Assembly: GCA_013265495.1 (NCBI GenBank)
Contig: MU058045.1
Coordinates: 195,241-259,240, forward strand
Source: Vicugna vicugna
Lineage: Eukaryota
Direction: 5' to 3'
Length of the DNA stretch: 64,000 nucleotides
Part shown: positions 1 to 13,679 of the stretch, piece by piece
How positions within the stretch are numbered: position 1 is the first letter of the stretch
Layout of the letters: each line of letters opens with the position of its first letter
Made by a program: the position numbers and the translations under genes
Notes under the pieces: model-generated
Seen by the model: the letters and a program-made list of their open reading frames with translations, nothing else
What the model was told of the DNA's origin: nothing
Database searches by the model: none

Positions 1-216
1 TCATGAATTATGGGAAAGGGGGGAGGGAGGTGCTGGGTAAGATACAGGTCAGTTGGAAAAACTGGCAGATACACCTGAGAGGAAAAGAGATGGAAGAATC
101 ACCACCAGCAACTTGTCATTCCCAGTCCCCCACCCTCTTGGTACCTGACATGGGCCTGTGCCTCCCACAGGCAGCCACTCACCAGATGGTGGCTCTGGGT
201 GTCCTTTGAGTTGGAA

Positions 217-3200
217 TCACTCCAGTATGGTGGTTGGGGGGTCCCCAGTGTTGATGGGGGCTGAGGTCTAGAGAGAACAAGGTGGTGCACTGAGACCGTC
301 TGGTTTTTTGGAGCTCTCAACATCAACTTTCTCCTCCCTTTGCTCTTCCCGTTCCTCCCCCAATTCACATCCAAGAGCTGGTGCTATGGCCCCAAGCAGA
401 GCTGAGTGCGAGTCTGCAGAGGGTGACATAGGCTTGATTGCCTCTGTTGGAGTTTCCTGGTGGGTGGGGGTGCCTGCCAGGGGTGGGCCCAGCAGGACTA
501 GCTTTTGGGAGCAGGGCCAGGAGAAGGGGCACAAAGAGTGGAAATGGAAGGGCAAAGAAGATAGAAGTGGGGCAGAAGGGAGAGGGAGAAGTTGGCCTTT
601 TCCTTCCTTCTCCTCTGCTACTCACACCCTCTACCGACAGTCCAAGGTCCTTACTTCCGGGGCTGTGGGCTGCCTGGGTCCAGGGGGCTGCTGCCGTCTC
701 CGCTGGAAGTAGGGGCGGTTTCGTGGGCGCTGGGGCTCAGGCCGGGAACCGTCAGTGGGGCCTTGGCTGGGCTTGGTCTCACCATCTCCACCTTCTGTGG
801 TAGGCTGCTGGGGGGGCCTGGGGCGGAAAGGCCTGGAGAGAGAAGCGAAGACACTGAAGGGACAGGAGCCCAGTGTGGACTAAGTTCCTGCCTGCTAGGA
901 CCCCCCAGCAGAGGTAGACTAGCCAGCCTCCCCATCCCCACCCCATCCCAGGGGCGCCTGCTTCCCCCTGGGCACCTAAGCAGTAATGGCTCAGATACCC
1001 AGCCCCCTCACCCTAGCTTCAGGCCCTTCCTGCTTCCCATCCTCCTGTCCCCATCCAGGCTGGCGAAGGGGAAGAGGCACCCAGGAGAGGCGGGCTTACC
1101 TTCGGTACCTGGGCCTGAATCTGGGTGGGGGGACCCGCTCATCTCCTTGCTGTTGGTCCCCCTCCAACGGAGCTGTCTCTTTGGGTTCTACCGCGTCAGT
1201 ACCCTGGGGACACAGAGGCCCAGGTGAGCCCAGGGGCACCACCAGTTCTTCCCAGCCCACCCTTCCACTTCCCCTGGGGACTCTGGTCTCCAGCCTCACC
1301 CACTCCCGCTCCTTTCCCAGGACTTGGGCAGCTGGTTCCCATGTTCCCAGTTCCCCTCACCTCGGTGGACTGCTGCTGGTTGGGGGGCCGAGGGCCTTGC
1401 ACAAAGCGCCGGCGGTAGAAGAAGGGCAATGGGCGGCGGCGTCTGGGCCGCTGCCCAGGGTCTTCAGCTCGCTCCCCTTTGCTGAATGGCTCTGTCCCGC
1501 CTGACAGAGCCTCTGCCACCATGGGTGGCGGGGCAGCTGGGCGGGGCCGGGGGATGAATTGGCGGAATCTACGTCGGTTGGGGGCAAAGCGGCTGCCCTT
1601 CACGGGCACACCTCCGGGCCCAGTCACATTAGCCGCTTCTGCACCCTGGTTAGGAGGTGGAGAGGAACTGGTGAGAAGTTGCTCCAGTGACAGATGCACA
1701 ACATTCACAGTTTTGAGTCCTGGTCTTCCCGTCCTTCCAGCTAAAGGCCCCTCTCCAGCTTTCCCCAGCTCCTCTAACTTCTAGTTCTTTCCACCCTCCT
1801 GTAGGGGAACAGCAGTGGGTGTTCGGACCCTTCTAGGAGGGGCCACATCTGCCACTGGTCCTTTTGAAGCAGCTGCTTACTGGACCCTCTTAAGGTTTAG
1901 ACCGGAGGTAGGGGTAGAGGTGGAGAAAAAGGGCTGACTGGCAAGCCTCGCCCTCATGGAGGGCTGGCTCTGAGAGGAAACGGTGGTCCAGGGCCCTTGA
2001 TGGAGAAAAGACATGGGAGTGCTTGGTGAACTACAAAGAAACTCAGATGTTACTGATTGGTGACAGGGACACGTTCTTTAGGACATCCCATAGAGTGGCA
2101 AGAGTGTTAAGGATGACAATGTCTGTGTGAGGACAAGTCCTGAGCCCACAGCCTGGGCTGTCTGGCCAGGGAAGAGCTGGCCTCAGGAGGCCAGAGCCTG
2201 GGGGCCCTCCAGGCCGCCCGCCCACAGCTTGGTGGACTCTGCATCCCACCGCAGCTCCCGAACCTTCTCTCCTTCCACAACATCGAACTCCACAGTCTCC
2301 CCATCTCCAACGCTGCGCAGAAACTTCCTGGGGTTGTTTCTTTTAATAGCTGTCTGGTCAGGGAAAGAGTGGGAGAAAGGTGAAGACAGCAAGCTGGGAG
2401 TCCCACAGCCCCGCGGGTCCCCCACCCAACTTTTTCTTTTCAGCGTTTTACTGGTGGGCCTAGGCTGGAGGGCAGAGCGAGGAGAAGGGAGTCAAAGTTT
2501 AGCGGGGGAAAAGCTATCAACTAGGGGCCTCAGCTCAATTGTGCAGTTACCACCATCCCCAGCACACATTCCCTCCTCCCTTGACTGCTCAGGGATTTCA
2601 GGAAGGGGAGCAAGAAACATGAACTCGGAAGCAGGACAAAAAGCCAAGATAGTCTTAAGTTGCAAAGTGGGTAAAACATACTATTCTTACCTCAATCCCA
2701 CTGAAAGCGCTTTCCACCAAAGCAGTGGTTCTCAAACTGTGTGTGCATCAGAATCACCTGGAGAGCTCATTAAAACAAACTGCTGGCCGCTCCGCCAGGC
2801 CAGGTTGATTGGCTAGGTCTGAGGTAGGCCTGAGAATTTGGCTGGCAGGTGATGCTGCTGGTGCAGGGACCACACTTTGAGAACTAGTGCATCCAAGTAG
2901 CGCTGGCCTGCGTCCCTTCCCACGGACACCGTCTGTGATTAATTCCCAGGGTGTTAACAGGTCCTGGCGTGTGATGCCCAAGGGGCAACAGGTACATTTC
3001 TTGCAGACAACCCAGCACAAGTGGGGCCAATGCAGTGAATACAGGCACCTGGGGCAGATGGAGGGGGAAACTATTTCCTGGGGGGCATGCTGCTTCCAGG
3101 TAAAAGCTGGAGAAACATGATCTATGCTGCTCAGAATAATGAAGGCCAAAGAGGGTGGGTTCCTGCCCTTGGAAAGCCAACCTAGCTCTTACCTGGTGAA

Positions 3201-5593
3201 CAAAGACATCCTCCTTGGTGTCATTCCTGCAGAACAGGATGGGTTGTTAGGGGTGACTTTGATGAGGCGCTCACCTCCACTGAAGCCTCTCAAGCTGCCC
3301 ATTCCTAAGCTCCAAGGGCCCATCCTCTCCACCTTATGTGGCTACTTGAGGTTAGACTGGGCCCCCCCGAAGATGGGGTGAAAAGAATATTCCTAAGCCT
3401 CCATGAAAAACCTGGGCTTCATCAGGAAAAGGCAGAGCAGGGGGAGGCAAAGGCACCTTGAAGGAGCTGGGCCAGCTTTTACCTGCTGAGCACGCCACCT
3501 TCGACCCCGGGACACCTTAGAACCGGGTAGTGCTGGGTGTAACTGTCCCTAGCCAGCAACCCCGCTTCCCCAACCCACATCACGGGTGGAAAATTCCACC
3601 CTGTTTCCTTTCTTCTACAGTCAAGGAGGAAGAAAAGTAGGGACAGGGGTAGAAGTGCAGAACAAGTTTGAGGAGGGGACATGTTAAGAACTGGCTCCAA
3701 ATAGCCACAAAACTTTATTTTCAGCCTGGAGGTTAACCCCAGGGTCAGGCCCCCTCTCAGCACACCAAAAGATCAAGGGTGAGCGATTGTTCAATCATTC
3801 TGTCACCACCTTGCCCATCACTCCAGTTTATCCTAGCACCCCAATGGGGGGGGATGGAGAGGTTTTCCTTCAGAACTCCCCAGGAGTCTTCAGTTTCCAG
3901 AATTAGAGAGGGACCATTCCCTAGAACAAGTGTTCTAGCTTTAAAGCACTTGGATCTGCACAAAGGTCAGCCTGCTAAGAGGGAACCAGGGCCTCCCAGG
4001 AGGGCTGGGCTGGGCAGGGTGCCTGGGCTGCGGAAGGGCCCACTGGGGGAGACCTCAGCTCAGAATCCCAGAATCTGCCACCACAGCCCCTCCCAGTGCC
4101 AGAAGGAGTGGGGCTGCCTAACTGAAGGAAAGCAGCATCCGCAGGCTGGGCTGGTGCTTTCCTCCCCCAACCCCCACCGGACTCAGTTCCATCAGGTGGG
4201 GGATTCAATGAGCTAACAGCTCTCTAAGCTCCCTTATGAGTTATGGGAATACTATGTGTGCTGCCCGAAACAGGAAATTAGTGAGGATTCCAGCCCAGAG
4301 GCACGGAGAGCAGGTACATTCTGCCCCAAAGGTGGTGGCAAACAAAACCAGGTGACACAGACAAGCTGAGCCAGGTTTGTCAACTTCCTAGATCATTAAC
4401 CCTCTGCTGCCCTTGAAGATGTGGAGGAGGCTTCATCTTGCCCACATCTGTGCTGTGGTTAAAGACTTACAATCAGTGTCAGCTGGACACTGCAACCATG
4501 TGCCTTGGTAGGGATAGAGATGAGGTTGGGAAGATGTCCAGTCTTACAGGCCACTTTGGAAGAGACCCATTCCACCCCCTCCCTGGGTTCCTCAGATACC
4601 TGTTGATGAATCCGTAACCATTCCGCACGTTGAACCATTTGACAGTGCCCAGGACTTGGATTGCTGCCAGGCAAAGATGCAGTGGGGGCAGTAAGATGGG
4701 GGAAGAGATGGAGCTGCACTCAGCTTTGAGACACTCCAAAAATCTAACCTACCTCCCTGTTACCTATTAAGCTTAACTCACGCCAACCAGGTTTCACCCA
4801 GTAGCTTCAAGGCATTCTTAAGTTCCACTAAATGGAAGCGCCCACAGAGCGAGGCTCAGGCTTTGAAAACTCTTCGATTCTAAGGCATGTTCCTCATATC
4901 CTACAAATCTAGGCCCTTCACCTAGAACCAGGTACTCACCTGGTCCACGAAGTTCCGCCCTCAAGTCATAACTGAGGATCTTTCTAGCCCTCCCAATGTA
5001 AGGGTCCCTAGTGCACCTTCCTGCCGGGCTCAGAGATTTACGGAGTACTAACCCGAGTCAGCAAGGCTGTCTCCCGCCCCCGGGGCGTGGCCAGACACTA
5101 ACTGGGCCTGCCCACCATACCCTACCGCCCAGAAAGATACGGCAGGATTTCCCACCAGGGGAACCCACTTCAGTCCGCTGCTCCCAGCCTAGGGAGTCCT
5201 TTGAGCCTCTGGGCCAGACCGGCCTTCAGCTTTCCGGACCCTGCCGGGCTCCAAGATGCCCCTCCCCCAGCCCGCCAACCCGTCAGAGCCGTCCTGGCGC
5301 GCGCCCCGCCCCTCACCCAGCACCGGCTTGTCCGCCCGACTTCGGGCCTGGGTAGCGGGGGTCCCCGAGGCCGTCGTTGCCGGGTTGCCAGGGGTGCGGG
5401 GGCCTGGCGCCGAAGGGGTCCCAGCAGCAGGGCCCGAGGCGGCTCCGACCCCGCCGCCACCCGCCCCGCCGCCTGTTTTCTGTGGCTCCCCTGCAGGCAC
5501 GGGGACCACCACCGCTACCACCCCTGCCGCCGTCGCGGGCATCGTCGCCGCGGGGGCCGCTGTCGCCACCACCGCCGCCTCCACCTCGCTCAT
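217..5593 (-). CDS. YBX2: Y-box-binding protein 2 (germ-cell cold-shock-domain RNA-binding protein), 8 coding exons, 360 aa
   Basis: Exons 5593-5317, 4663-4600, 3226-3193, 2353-2264, 1645-1361, 1203-1100, 832-655, 267-217 join via GT-AG into 1083 nt. N-term [44 protein letters not shown]...[24 protein letters not shown]-term TTILE*. Probable 3'UTR intron 182-75. Confidence 0.97.
2723..2889. mobile_element. MER5A-like hAT-Charlie DNA transposon fossil in YBX2 intron 3
   Basis: Imperfect terminal inverted repeats CAGTGGTTCTCAAA...TTTGAGAACTAGTG and internal CATCAGAATCACCTGG, typical of MER5. Confidence 0.75.
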
Positions 5594-6130
5594 CCCACCG
5601 GGTCCGGTACCGGCCCCCGCCGCCACCGCCCCGGCCCCTCCCCCCGGCTCGCGAACCCGCCGCGCCTCTCGGTCCTCGCGCCCCGAGCCTCGCCCGCACG
5701 CCTGCAGCGGGCCGTGAGCGGAAGCCAATCGCAACCTTCAGCTGCGCCGCGCGCAGGCCCCGCCTCCCGGCCACAGGCCAATCCTAGCCGAACAGCCCCC
5801 GGGCCCGCATGCCGGCCCCGCCTCCCAGACTTCGCTCAGGGACCCAGGCCCCCGCCCGCAGCCCTGTAAGTACACCTGGGCCCCGCCCCGTGCCGTCACG
5901 TGACCGACCCCAGCTCAAACCATTGGCCAACGGCCTCTTTCCCCTCCCCCTCCGCCTCTTTCCACCGGCCGCGGGAAATCAAACGGGCTGGGTGCTCCCC
6001 AACCGCCACCTGGTCTCTGCGCGGAGGGGCGAGGCAGGGGCGCGCAGCTCCAACGTTGCCCCTGACGACCCGGGTTGGGGACCGGAGCCCGGAGCCCCTG
6101 TCTTGGCTGTGCGCGGCACTGCTCACCTAC
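5180..6130 (-). promoter_or_regulatory. YBX2 CpG-island promoter
   Basis: CpG-dense; CCAAT boxes near 5725, 5778 and 5922; GC boxes; palindromic E-box GTCACGTGAC 5895-5904; E2F-type GCGGGAAA 5971-5978. Confidence 0.8.
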
Positions 6131-7995
6131 ACCCTCAAGACCGCCCTTGCCTTTCTTCCAGTCCGCCCCACCCTCTCCCTAGAGGATGCTCCTCACACAC
6201 TGGCCTGCGGGATCAGCCCTCGGGGCTAGCTGGACTTTCCCAGCTCACGGTTACTCTCACAAGCCGGGGACTGTCACTTTTTATTTTGTTTTTGAAGTAC
6301 AATTGACATACATCAAAATGCACAACTTGTCGCTGAGTTTTGATAAATGTGTTCATCCATGTAATCAACACCCTAATCGAGGCATTTTTTCCCTCGCACC
6401 GGGAGGTTCCCTCCAGACCCTTCTAGGTAGGGCCAACCTCCCCACAGACCACAGCTGTTCTGACGTTTTCCACCGGAGAATAGTTTTAAGGACCACGGTG
6501 CTGGGCGCTGTGGTCCCCGGTGGGGCGGAGCTTCCCTCTCCAGCTCCCTGTCCTCTCCCAGGCTTCTCCCTCCACCTTCTTTCTTTTATCCAACTGGCCA
6601 GGCTCTTCGGACTCAAGGCAGTTTTCTCTGCTTATAACAAGTCCTCCGTTTCTCTCAGGGTGACTTCTTCAAGTACCAGCTTATATATCACTGCTCACAT
6701 CATCCTTTTTTTTTTTGTATATATATGACATTTTTGGAAATACGAACTTGCTTACTTAGCTATTCCCTCCCCCGACCCTCCGCAACTAGACTATGAGCGC
6801 CACAGCAAGAAGAGCCTTGTAGTTACGCCTGACGCCTGTAACAGTGCCTGGCACAACATAGGCGCTCAGTATTTCTTGAGCAATTAAATGGTCACCATTC
6901 CACAGATGAGAAGACAGAGTCTTGGTGAGAGGCTTGCCACAGTCTTCTCGGGAGCCCGGGTGTCCGGCCAGGGTGCCGCAATCTCCCAGAAGTATTCAGC
7001 TTCAGAAGTGGTCTACCCGACCCCCGGAGGAAGCGGCCGGAGCTGGGCAGAGCGTATGTTTTAGCCTGGACAGCACTCCCCGGGGCAGCACAAGTGTCCC
7101 CACGCGCCACCCGGCGCCACGTGAGTTTCTCGAGTCTGGGTGTCCCTAGCCAGGCCGACGTCCGCTTTCCAGCGGCGGCCGCTGCCAATCCCGGTGCTGG
7201 CGCGCCCTCTGCCGGCCGCTCCGGAGGCTGCCCGCCCCGGCTTCCTTCCTGTGCTTCCACCGGCTGCCCGGCCCGCCCCACCGCTTCGGCCCTTTCCAAG
7301 TTGAGGATTCTGTTTCCCAGGGCATCGGGCACAGTGGACGGAAAGCGAGAAAAGATGAGAAAACAAGTAAATCAAGGCGAGGCTGTGAAGGATGCAGAAG
7401 TGACTACCTTCCCTTCGACTATTAAGGACCGATTTACCTGTGTCCAGCCCTGGGCTCAAGGAATGGGTAAAACAGGAGATCAAGGCTGGAAGGAGCAGAC
7501 CAGATAAATCACACTTTGACCCTGGCAACCAAAGAATCGCATGGAAGGTACAGAGGGAGCTCAGGTGTGAACTGGTTAACTGTAAGTTTAGAGGGTGAGA
7601 GAGAGGAAGCTCACAGGAAGAGTGAAAGACTTGTTTGTAATAATATTAAAAATACGCCCGGAGATCAGGGTTGGAGGTGCTGCAAGAAAGTACTCCGGGG
7701 CTGGCAACATGGAGGCATGAAACACTTAGACATAACAACAGTTACATGTTCTCTGTCCCCGTGGATAAGGAGTAGCAGATGCCAACAGAGAGATGCAATT
7801 AATACCCCTGTTCAGTTGAAGGGTTTGTGCATATAATTTTCTGGTTATTTAAGTCTTTTTAAGTGCCATAGATAACAAGGGCTCCAGGCATTCTGGTGTA
7901 AAGGCATCCTCCTTTTTCTGTCCCTCTTCTCCCCACCTGAAGTCTGGTCTAGCTTGTTCACTGCTAAAAAATTTAAAAATTAAAACCAAAGCCCT

Positions 7996-8135
7996 GGGGG
8001 AGGGTATAGCTCAAGTGGTAAAGTGCATGCTTAGCATGCATGAGGTCCTGGGTTCGATCCCCAGTACTTCCTCTAAAAATAAATAAATAAAGCTAATTAC
8101 CCTCCCCCAAAAAGGAAAAAAACAACAAAAAAACA
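7996..8135 (+). mobile_element. tRNA-derived SINE (camelid Vic-1-like)
   Basis: GGGGAGGGTATAGCTCAAGTGGTA (A box)...GGTTCGATCCC (B box) followed by an A-rich tail. Confidence 0.85.
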
Positions 8136-8311
8136 AAATTTCTGCCTCCTTAGCCCTTGCCCTCTACCCTTCCATCAGTATAGCACCAAACTTCCTGAAA
8201 GCAGTCTTTACTGTTTCTAGTCTCTTTCACACCCCACCAACCCAAATCTGCTTTCTGCCCCCACCACTCCACTTAGAAGGCTTCAGCTGTGGTCCATACT
8301 CCTTTCTTATG

Positions 8312-8439
8312 TTTTTTTTTTTTAATTGTGGGGGGTAACTAGGTTTATTTATTTATTTTGGAGGAGGTAATGGGGATTGAACCCAGGACCTCCCACATGC
8401 TAAGCATGTGCTCTACCACTTGCACTATACCCTCCCCCC
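8312..8439 (-). mobile_element. tRNA-derived SINE (same family)
   Basis: Reverse complement of the same head with a poly-T tail on +. Confidence 0.85.
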
Positions 8440-9675
8440 ACACCCTTTTCTTAACTGAGACATTCAGGGCATGGATCTGGGTTCCCTTTCAACTCCATCC
8501 ACAGACATTTTCCTGGTGAAGCTTCCACAGCCTAACCTTCCCCTATGCCCTCATCCTCTCCTTCTGTGCCTTGTTCTCCACTAGCCTCCATCTTTCCTGG
8601 ATTGTCTTCCCCTGCCGCCTGCCTTCTGTAGGTCATGTATCCATCCATTCGCCTGGTTTTGGTGACCACCTGCTACTGATGGCTCTTCAACCTGTGTCTC
8701 CAGCCCTGAGTCTTTCCCACCGTCTAGCCGCCTCTGAGCCAGGCATTCTCTAGCCATTTGCTCCTCAGGCTTCTGAAATTTAAGTCCCCGTCTAAGCTCC
8801 TTTTTCGTCCCTTCCACGCTGAGTTGTGTCACCACTTAACCCACAGACAATCATTCTTTAGTGCCCACTCCTCATTTGTAGAACAGTTTCCCCTGGGTGC
8901 CCAGGCTCAGCACAGTAAAGGTGAAGGTTTATGGTATCAAACTGAGCTAATATTTGACAGATTGAAAATATGCTGTTGCCTCTGTCCCCTAGTACCAAAC
9001 ACTCCCAGCAACTTTCCTCTCCTACTTTCTCAATGCAGCCTGAATCAGTTTTCTTCTTCCTCTCTCTTCTAATACCTGCTCTATTATTTTTCAATTGTCC
9101 CTAGAGAATGTTCCGTACCTCCAGCCTCCCTCTCCTCTTCTCCTCTTCTTTGATAGCTCTGCCCTCCCCTTTTCCAGGCTCTGCTCGGACTCTGCCAAAT
9201 CCTTGACCTTTTCTCCACCCTCTGCCTCCTGTCCTAGCTTCTCTATCTGATATTACTAACTGCCTCCTTCTTGAAACCTCCTCCAATATCTTTTTTTTAA
9301 CCTAATAACAGTAAGAGTTAATATTTATTGACTAAAGAGCACTGAGTTATTTACTGAGGACTTAATATGAGCCACCTGCTGTGTTAAGCACTTTAAATAT
9401 CTTCATTTGCTCCTTACAACGGCCCTGGGAAGTGGATACTTTTAAAATTATACCCACTCCTCAAATAAAGAAACAGGATATAGTGGAGTTAAGCAACCAG
9501 CCTAAAATCACACGGCTGTGGAACAAGCCACGCTGGGAATCAAATGCAGATCAGCCTTGGAATCTGGATTTTATTCTAAGAGTGATGGGAAGTCTTTGAA
9601 GGGTTTTAAAAGGAGGAGTGAATGATATGGTCTGATGCATTTTTCAAAATAAACTAATTTTTAAACCTGTTAGGA

Positions 9676-9794
9676 GTGAGGGGTATAGTTCGGTGGTAGA
9701 CCACATGCCTAGCATCCATGAGGTCCTGAGTTCAATCACCAGGACTTCCATTAAAAGTAATTAATTAATTAATTAACTTTCAAGAAAAAAAAAA
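9676..9794 (+). mobile_element. tRNA-derived SINE (same family, diverged)
   Basis: GGGGGTATAGTTCGGTGGTAGA...GAGTTCAATC, A-rich tail. Confidence 0.75.
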
Positions 9795-11219
9795 GCTGTG
9801 TTAGAGTCACAGCAAAATTAAGCAGACAATACAGAGATTTCTCATCTACCCTCTGTCCCCACGCACACACCACCTCCCCTACTTGATTTGTGTTTTTAAA
9901 ATATTACTTGGCTGCTCTGGGGATAATAAATTGGAGGGAGGCAGAGGAGATGGGGTTGTGGATGAGTGTGCTGGCAATGAGGCTGGAGAGAAGGGGGCCA
10001 GTTTGAAATATGCTTTGGAAATAGTGTCTGCAGGGCTTGGTGGTGGACTGGATGTGGGGTTGAGGGAAAGGGAATCAAGGAATCTAGGTTTTTAGCTTGA
10101 ACGTAGGCGGATGATGACGCTATTATTTCAATGAGAAACCCTAGAAGAGGAACATAGTCAGGAACTTGACTTGGGGCTTGTTTGAAACATCCCAGAGGAG
10201 AGCTCAGTCAGGCAGCTGGAGGCATGAATCTGCAGCTCAGGAGAAAGCTGGGGCTGGAGTCACGCATTTGGAGCCCTGAGCACAGACGGGATTCAGAGCC
10301 CTAGATCTGGGTGATCTCTCTGGGAAGTAAGTGTTGAGCTCGCTGTTCTCATAGAGGAAGAGACAGTCCCAGAGAGGCCAAGTGACTGGGCCAAAGTTAA
10401 ACAACATGAGTGGCGCAAGGGCGGGAAGAACATGACTGTGTTGGGAAGTACAGGAGGCCTGAAGGGGCTTTGGAGGGAACAGCGGGGAGAGGTAGGTTGG
10501 AACCTAGTTCTGGCAGACTTCTAATCCAGGCAAAAATGTGTCCTGATTCCAGAGGCCCCTGAATGATGTCTAAAGCCTTTTATTGGATTCTTCTGGGTAG
10601 AACTGAATCATCCCAGAGAACTGATGCCCTTGGTGGGAATTTAGTCCTCCCTGGCAGGCTCCAGAAGGCAGTGAGATGAGAGGGATGTTTTTCTGGACAG
10701 GCAGCTCTTTCGGGCCTCTCAGATTAAACTCTGACTTTACAGCTCAGTCTGGAGATCCCAGGCAGCCCCCAAGATGGACAGCTCAGATGAACGGCAGGGC
10801 AGATTTGGAGAACTTTCTCTTCCTTCAGGGTTGGCAGGAGGGGAGACTCCATCTTCTCTAAATAAGCAGGAGACTTGGGCCTGGCCTCAGGCAGGGGGAT
10901 CCTCTTTCTTGTCCAAGTTCCACCTCTAAGGCCGGTTTCCCCTTTGTAGAGACTAGGATTTGGTGAGTCCCAGCATCTCTGAGTTGCCCAGCACCCTTTT
11001 CCTTCCAAGAACAAACTGGGGGCACCAGGACCAAGAAGAATCAGATATTCCAAGCTGGACTGAGCATCCTGAAGAGGAAGGGAGGTGAACACAGGACAGA
11101 GAACAGCATGCCAGTCGGTCTCAGGTCTGCTTCCTGGCTGGTCTTGACAAGGTGACCTTGAAGTGTGCCCTCAGTATATTCTTTAATCTCTAACTTTAAA
11201 CTCATATCTCACTGTTTTT

Positions 11220-11520
11220 TTATTTTCTGGGTTTTTTTGAGATGTAATTGACACATAACATTATATTAGTTTCAGATGTATAACAATGATTTGATCATTT
11301 GCTATATGTTTATACTGCACAATGATTATCACAAATATCTAGTGCACATTCATCATACATAGTTACAAATTTTTTTCCTTGTGATGAGAACTTTTAAGAT
11401 CTACTCTCTTAGCAACTTTCAAATCTACAATACGGTGTCCTTAACTATAGTCACCATGCTGTACATTACATCCCCAGGACTTATTTATTTTATAACTGGG
11501 AAGTCGGTACTTTTTGACCT
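11220..11520 (-). mobile_element. L1 3'-end fragment
   Basis: Typical antisense mammalian L1 3'UTR text (GTGATGAGAACTTTTAAGATCTACTCTCTTAGCAACTTTCAAAT). Confidence 0.65.
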
Positions 11521-11580
11521 TCTTCATCCTCCACCCCCCCACTCCTCGCTGTCTTACAATGCTTTCTACTTCTTCTTCTT

Positions 11581-11700
11581 TTTTCTTTTTGTAAAGGATT
11601 AGGTTTATTCATTTATTTACATTTGGAAGAGGTACTGGGGGTTGAACCCCAGACCTTGTGCATGCTAGACATGCGCTCTACCACTGAGCACACCCTCCCC
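11581..11700 (-). mobile_element. tRNA-derived SINE (same family)
   Basis: GAGGTACTGGGGGTTGAACCC...CTCTACCACTGAGC. Confidence 0.8.
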
Positions 11701-12843
11701 TACCTGAGGGCCAATTCTTCTTCAAATTCCTCAGCTCTGGTGTCCTCTCTGCCAAAAGACCTGCCAGGTTCCAGGCTGGGCTTTGTTTGCTCATGGTGCT
11801 CACTCAGCCCCCACGCTCCCGGCAGTGGGCCGAGTCACTCTGCCCTGTTACCTCTTAACTCTGGCCACAGGGCTTGGCACAGAGCAAGCCTCCGTTTCCA
11901 CCTGGAGAGTGAACACATGAGCAAATGAATGATCACAGTAAATGCTCCAGAGTCATTTGTTGGCTCATGGAGCTTCCTTTAGGAGCTGGGTTCCTATTCT
12001 GTCCCCAGCCCTATTCTCTAATCCCTTGGTCCAGTTTCTAAGAAACTTCCTGACTTCTCTCCCTAGCACCCAGGTTCCCCAAGGCCTCTGGGAATTCTGG
12101 GTGTTTTCCTTCAGGCCCAGAACCGCACCAATCTCATTCTTCTCCATCGCCACCCTTTTTTCTTAGCTTCCAAAAACGCAAGGTCAAAATCAGAAAAGAT
12201 CCCTCAGGCATCTTCTCAGGATGCTCCTCCTGCTCTCAAACCAACTGCCATTCATAAACCCATCACTCACTGGCCTGAGCACAACATTATCTATTTGTTT
12301 ATTGTCTGATTATCTCACCCTCCCAACTGTGGGACAGGGTCCATACAGCTAAACTCACCACCCTTGTATCCCATGTATCTGGAACATAATAGACTCAGTA
12401 AATATTAACTGAATGAATGGATGAGTAAGTGAATGCTGTCAAGGTTTCTGCTCTGGTCCCAGCAGCTGGGTGTGTAAGAGCAGGTCCAAAACCACCACCG
12501 CCCTCCCCTGCAGCCAAAGGATTTTTTGGTTTGGCTCATTCTCAGGCTTCATTTGGTATATATGACTTTTACACAAGCCCTTGAGGATGGAAAAAAGAAT
12601 GGTCCCTGCCAAGGGCTCCTGATAAGGATAACTTCTCACTGTAAAATATTTGTACTCCTACCCCACCACAGTCCTGTCCTGTTTTTTTTTTTAATTGAAG
12701 TATATTCATTTTACAATGTTGTGTCAATTTCTGGTGTACAGGCCTATTTTTTATCTGGAAATTCCTTTCATCAGCTGACAGTTTACTTTCACATATAACA
12801 CAGACAGAATCTGTTCTCTATGATCTCAGATGTATTTTTTAAA

Positions 12844-12984
12844 TTTTTTAATTTAATTTTTGATTCATTAATTTGGGGGGTAATTAGGTTTACTGATTTA
12901 TTTTTAGCGGAGGTACTGGGGATTGAACCCAGGACCTTGCGTATGCTAAGCATGCACTCTACCACTTAAGCTATACCCTCCCTA
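12844..12984 (-). mobile_element. tRNA-derived SINE with target-site duplication
   Basis: Flanked by direct repeat CTCAGATGTATTTTTTAAA at 12825-12843 and 12985-13003. Confidence 0.9.
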
Positions 12985-13679
12985 CTCAGATGTATTTTTT
13001 AAAAGGCATAAAACAAAGGATGGAGGAATATATGGTTAAAACATTAATAGCAGTTGCCTCTGGGTGTTGGGTTTATGGTTAATTTTTTTCTTATTATTTT
13101 CTACATTGTCCAAAATTTTTCCCACAATTGACCTGTATTTTTATTATAAAGGAAACTTAACAGAATCTTTTTAATCATGTAAAACTATTCCTCTTGATAC
13201 AATTGGTGAACTTTCCCTTCCAGGTAATGAACAAGTGGTACAAAAAACAATTGGTTTGTCTTCAGCCTCAGTCCTACCCACCTTCCCAAGCCCAGCTGAG
13301 CTGTGACACTAACATACACACTCCATCCAACTCTGTGCAGGCTACCCAAGAATCTCAGAATCCCAGAACCTTAAGAGGATTTCCCAGTTCCTGTATTACT
13401 GCATGTATCCTCAGAACGGCTTGCATAGCACAGTATGTCCCCCAACCACATGGACTGAAGGCACCATTCACCTACCCTTTGACCTCATCTTCCCCATTCA
13501 ACTACCCACCAAGTTCCATCGATTAGATTTCCAGAATGGCTCTGGTTCATCTTATCCTCCTGGCCTCACCACTGCTGCCTTGATCCAGGCCATCATTCTT
13601 GTCCACTTGGGCTACTGTCAGAGGTTCTTCCCTGGTCTCTTGCTTCCAGTCCAGCTCCACTGTTTTCCTCCTAAATATA

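Noticed and set aside
5170..6306. Several 150-220 aa ORFs around YBX2 exon 1
   Set aside because: Only the MSEVEAA frame is supported; the others are GC-rich shadow ORFs.
7996..8070. tRNA-like sequence with A and B boxes (and six similar copies)
   Set aside because: A-rich tails, TSDs and divergence between copies mark these as SINE heads, not tRNA genes.
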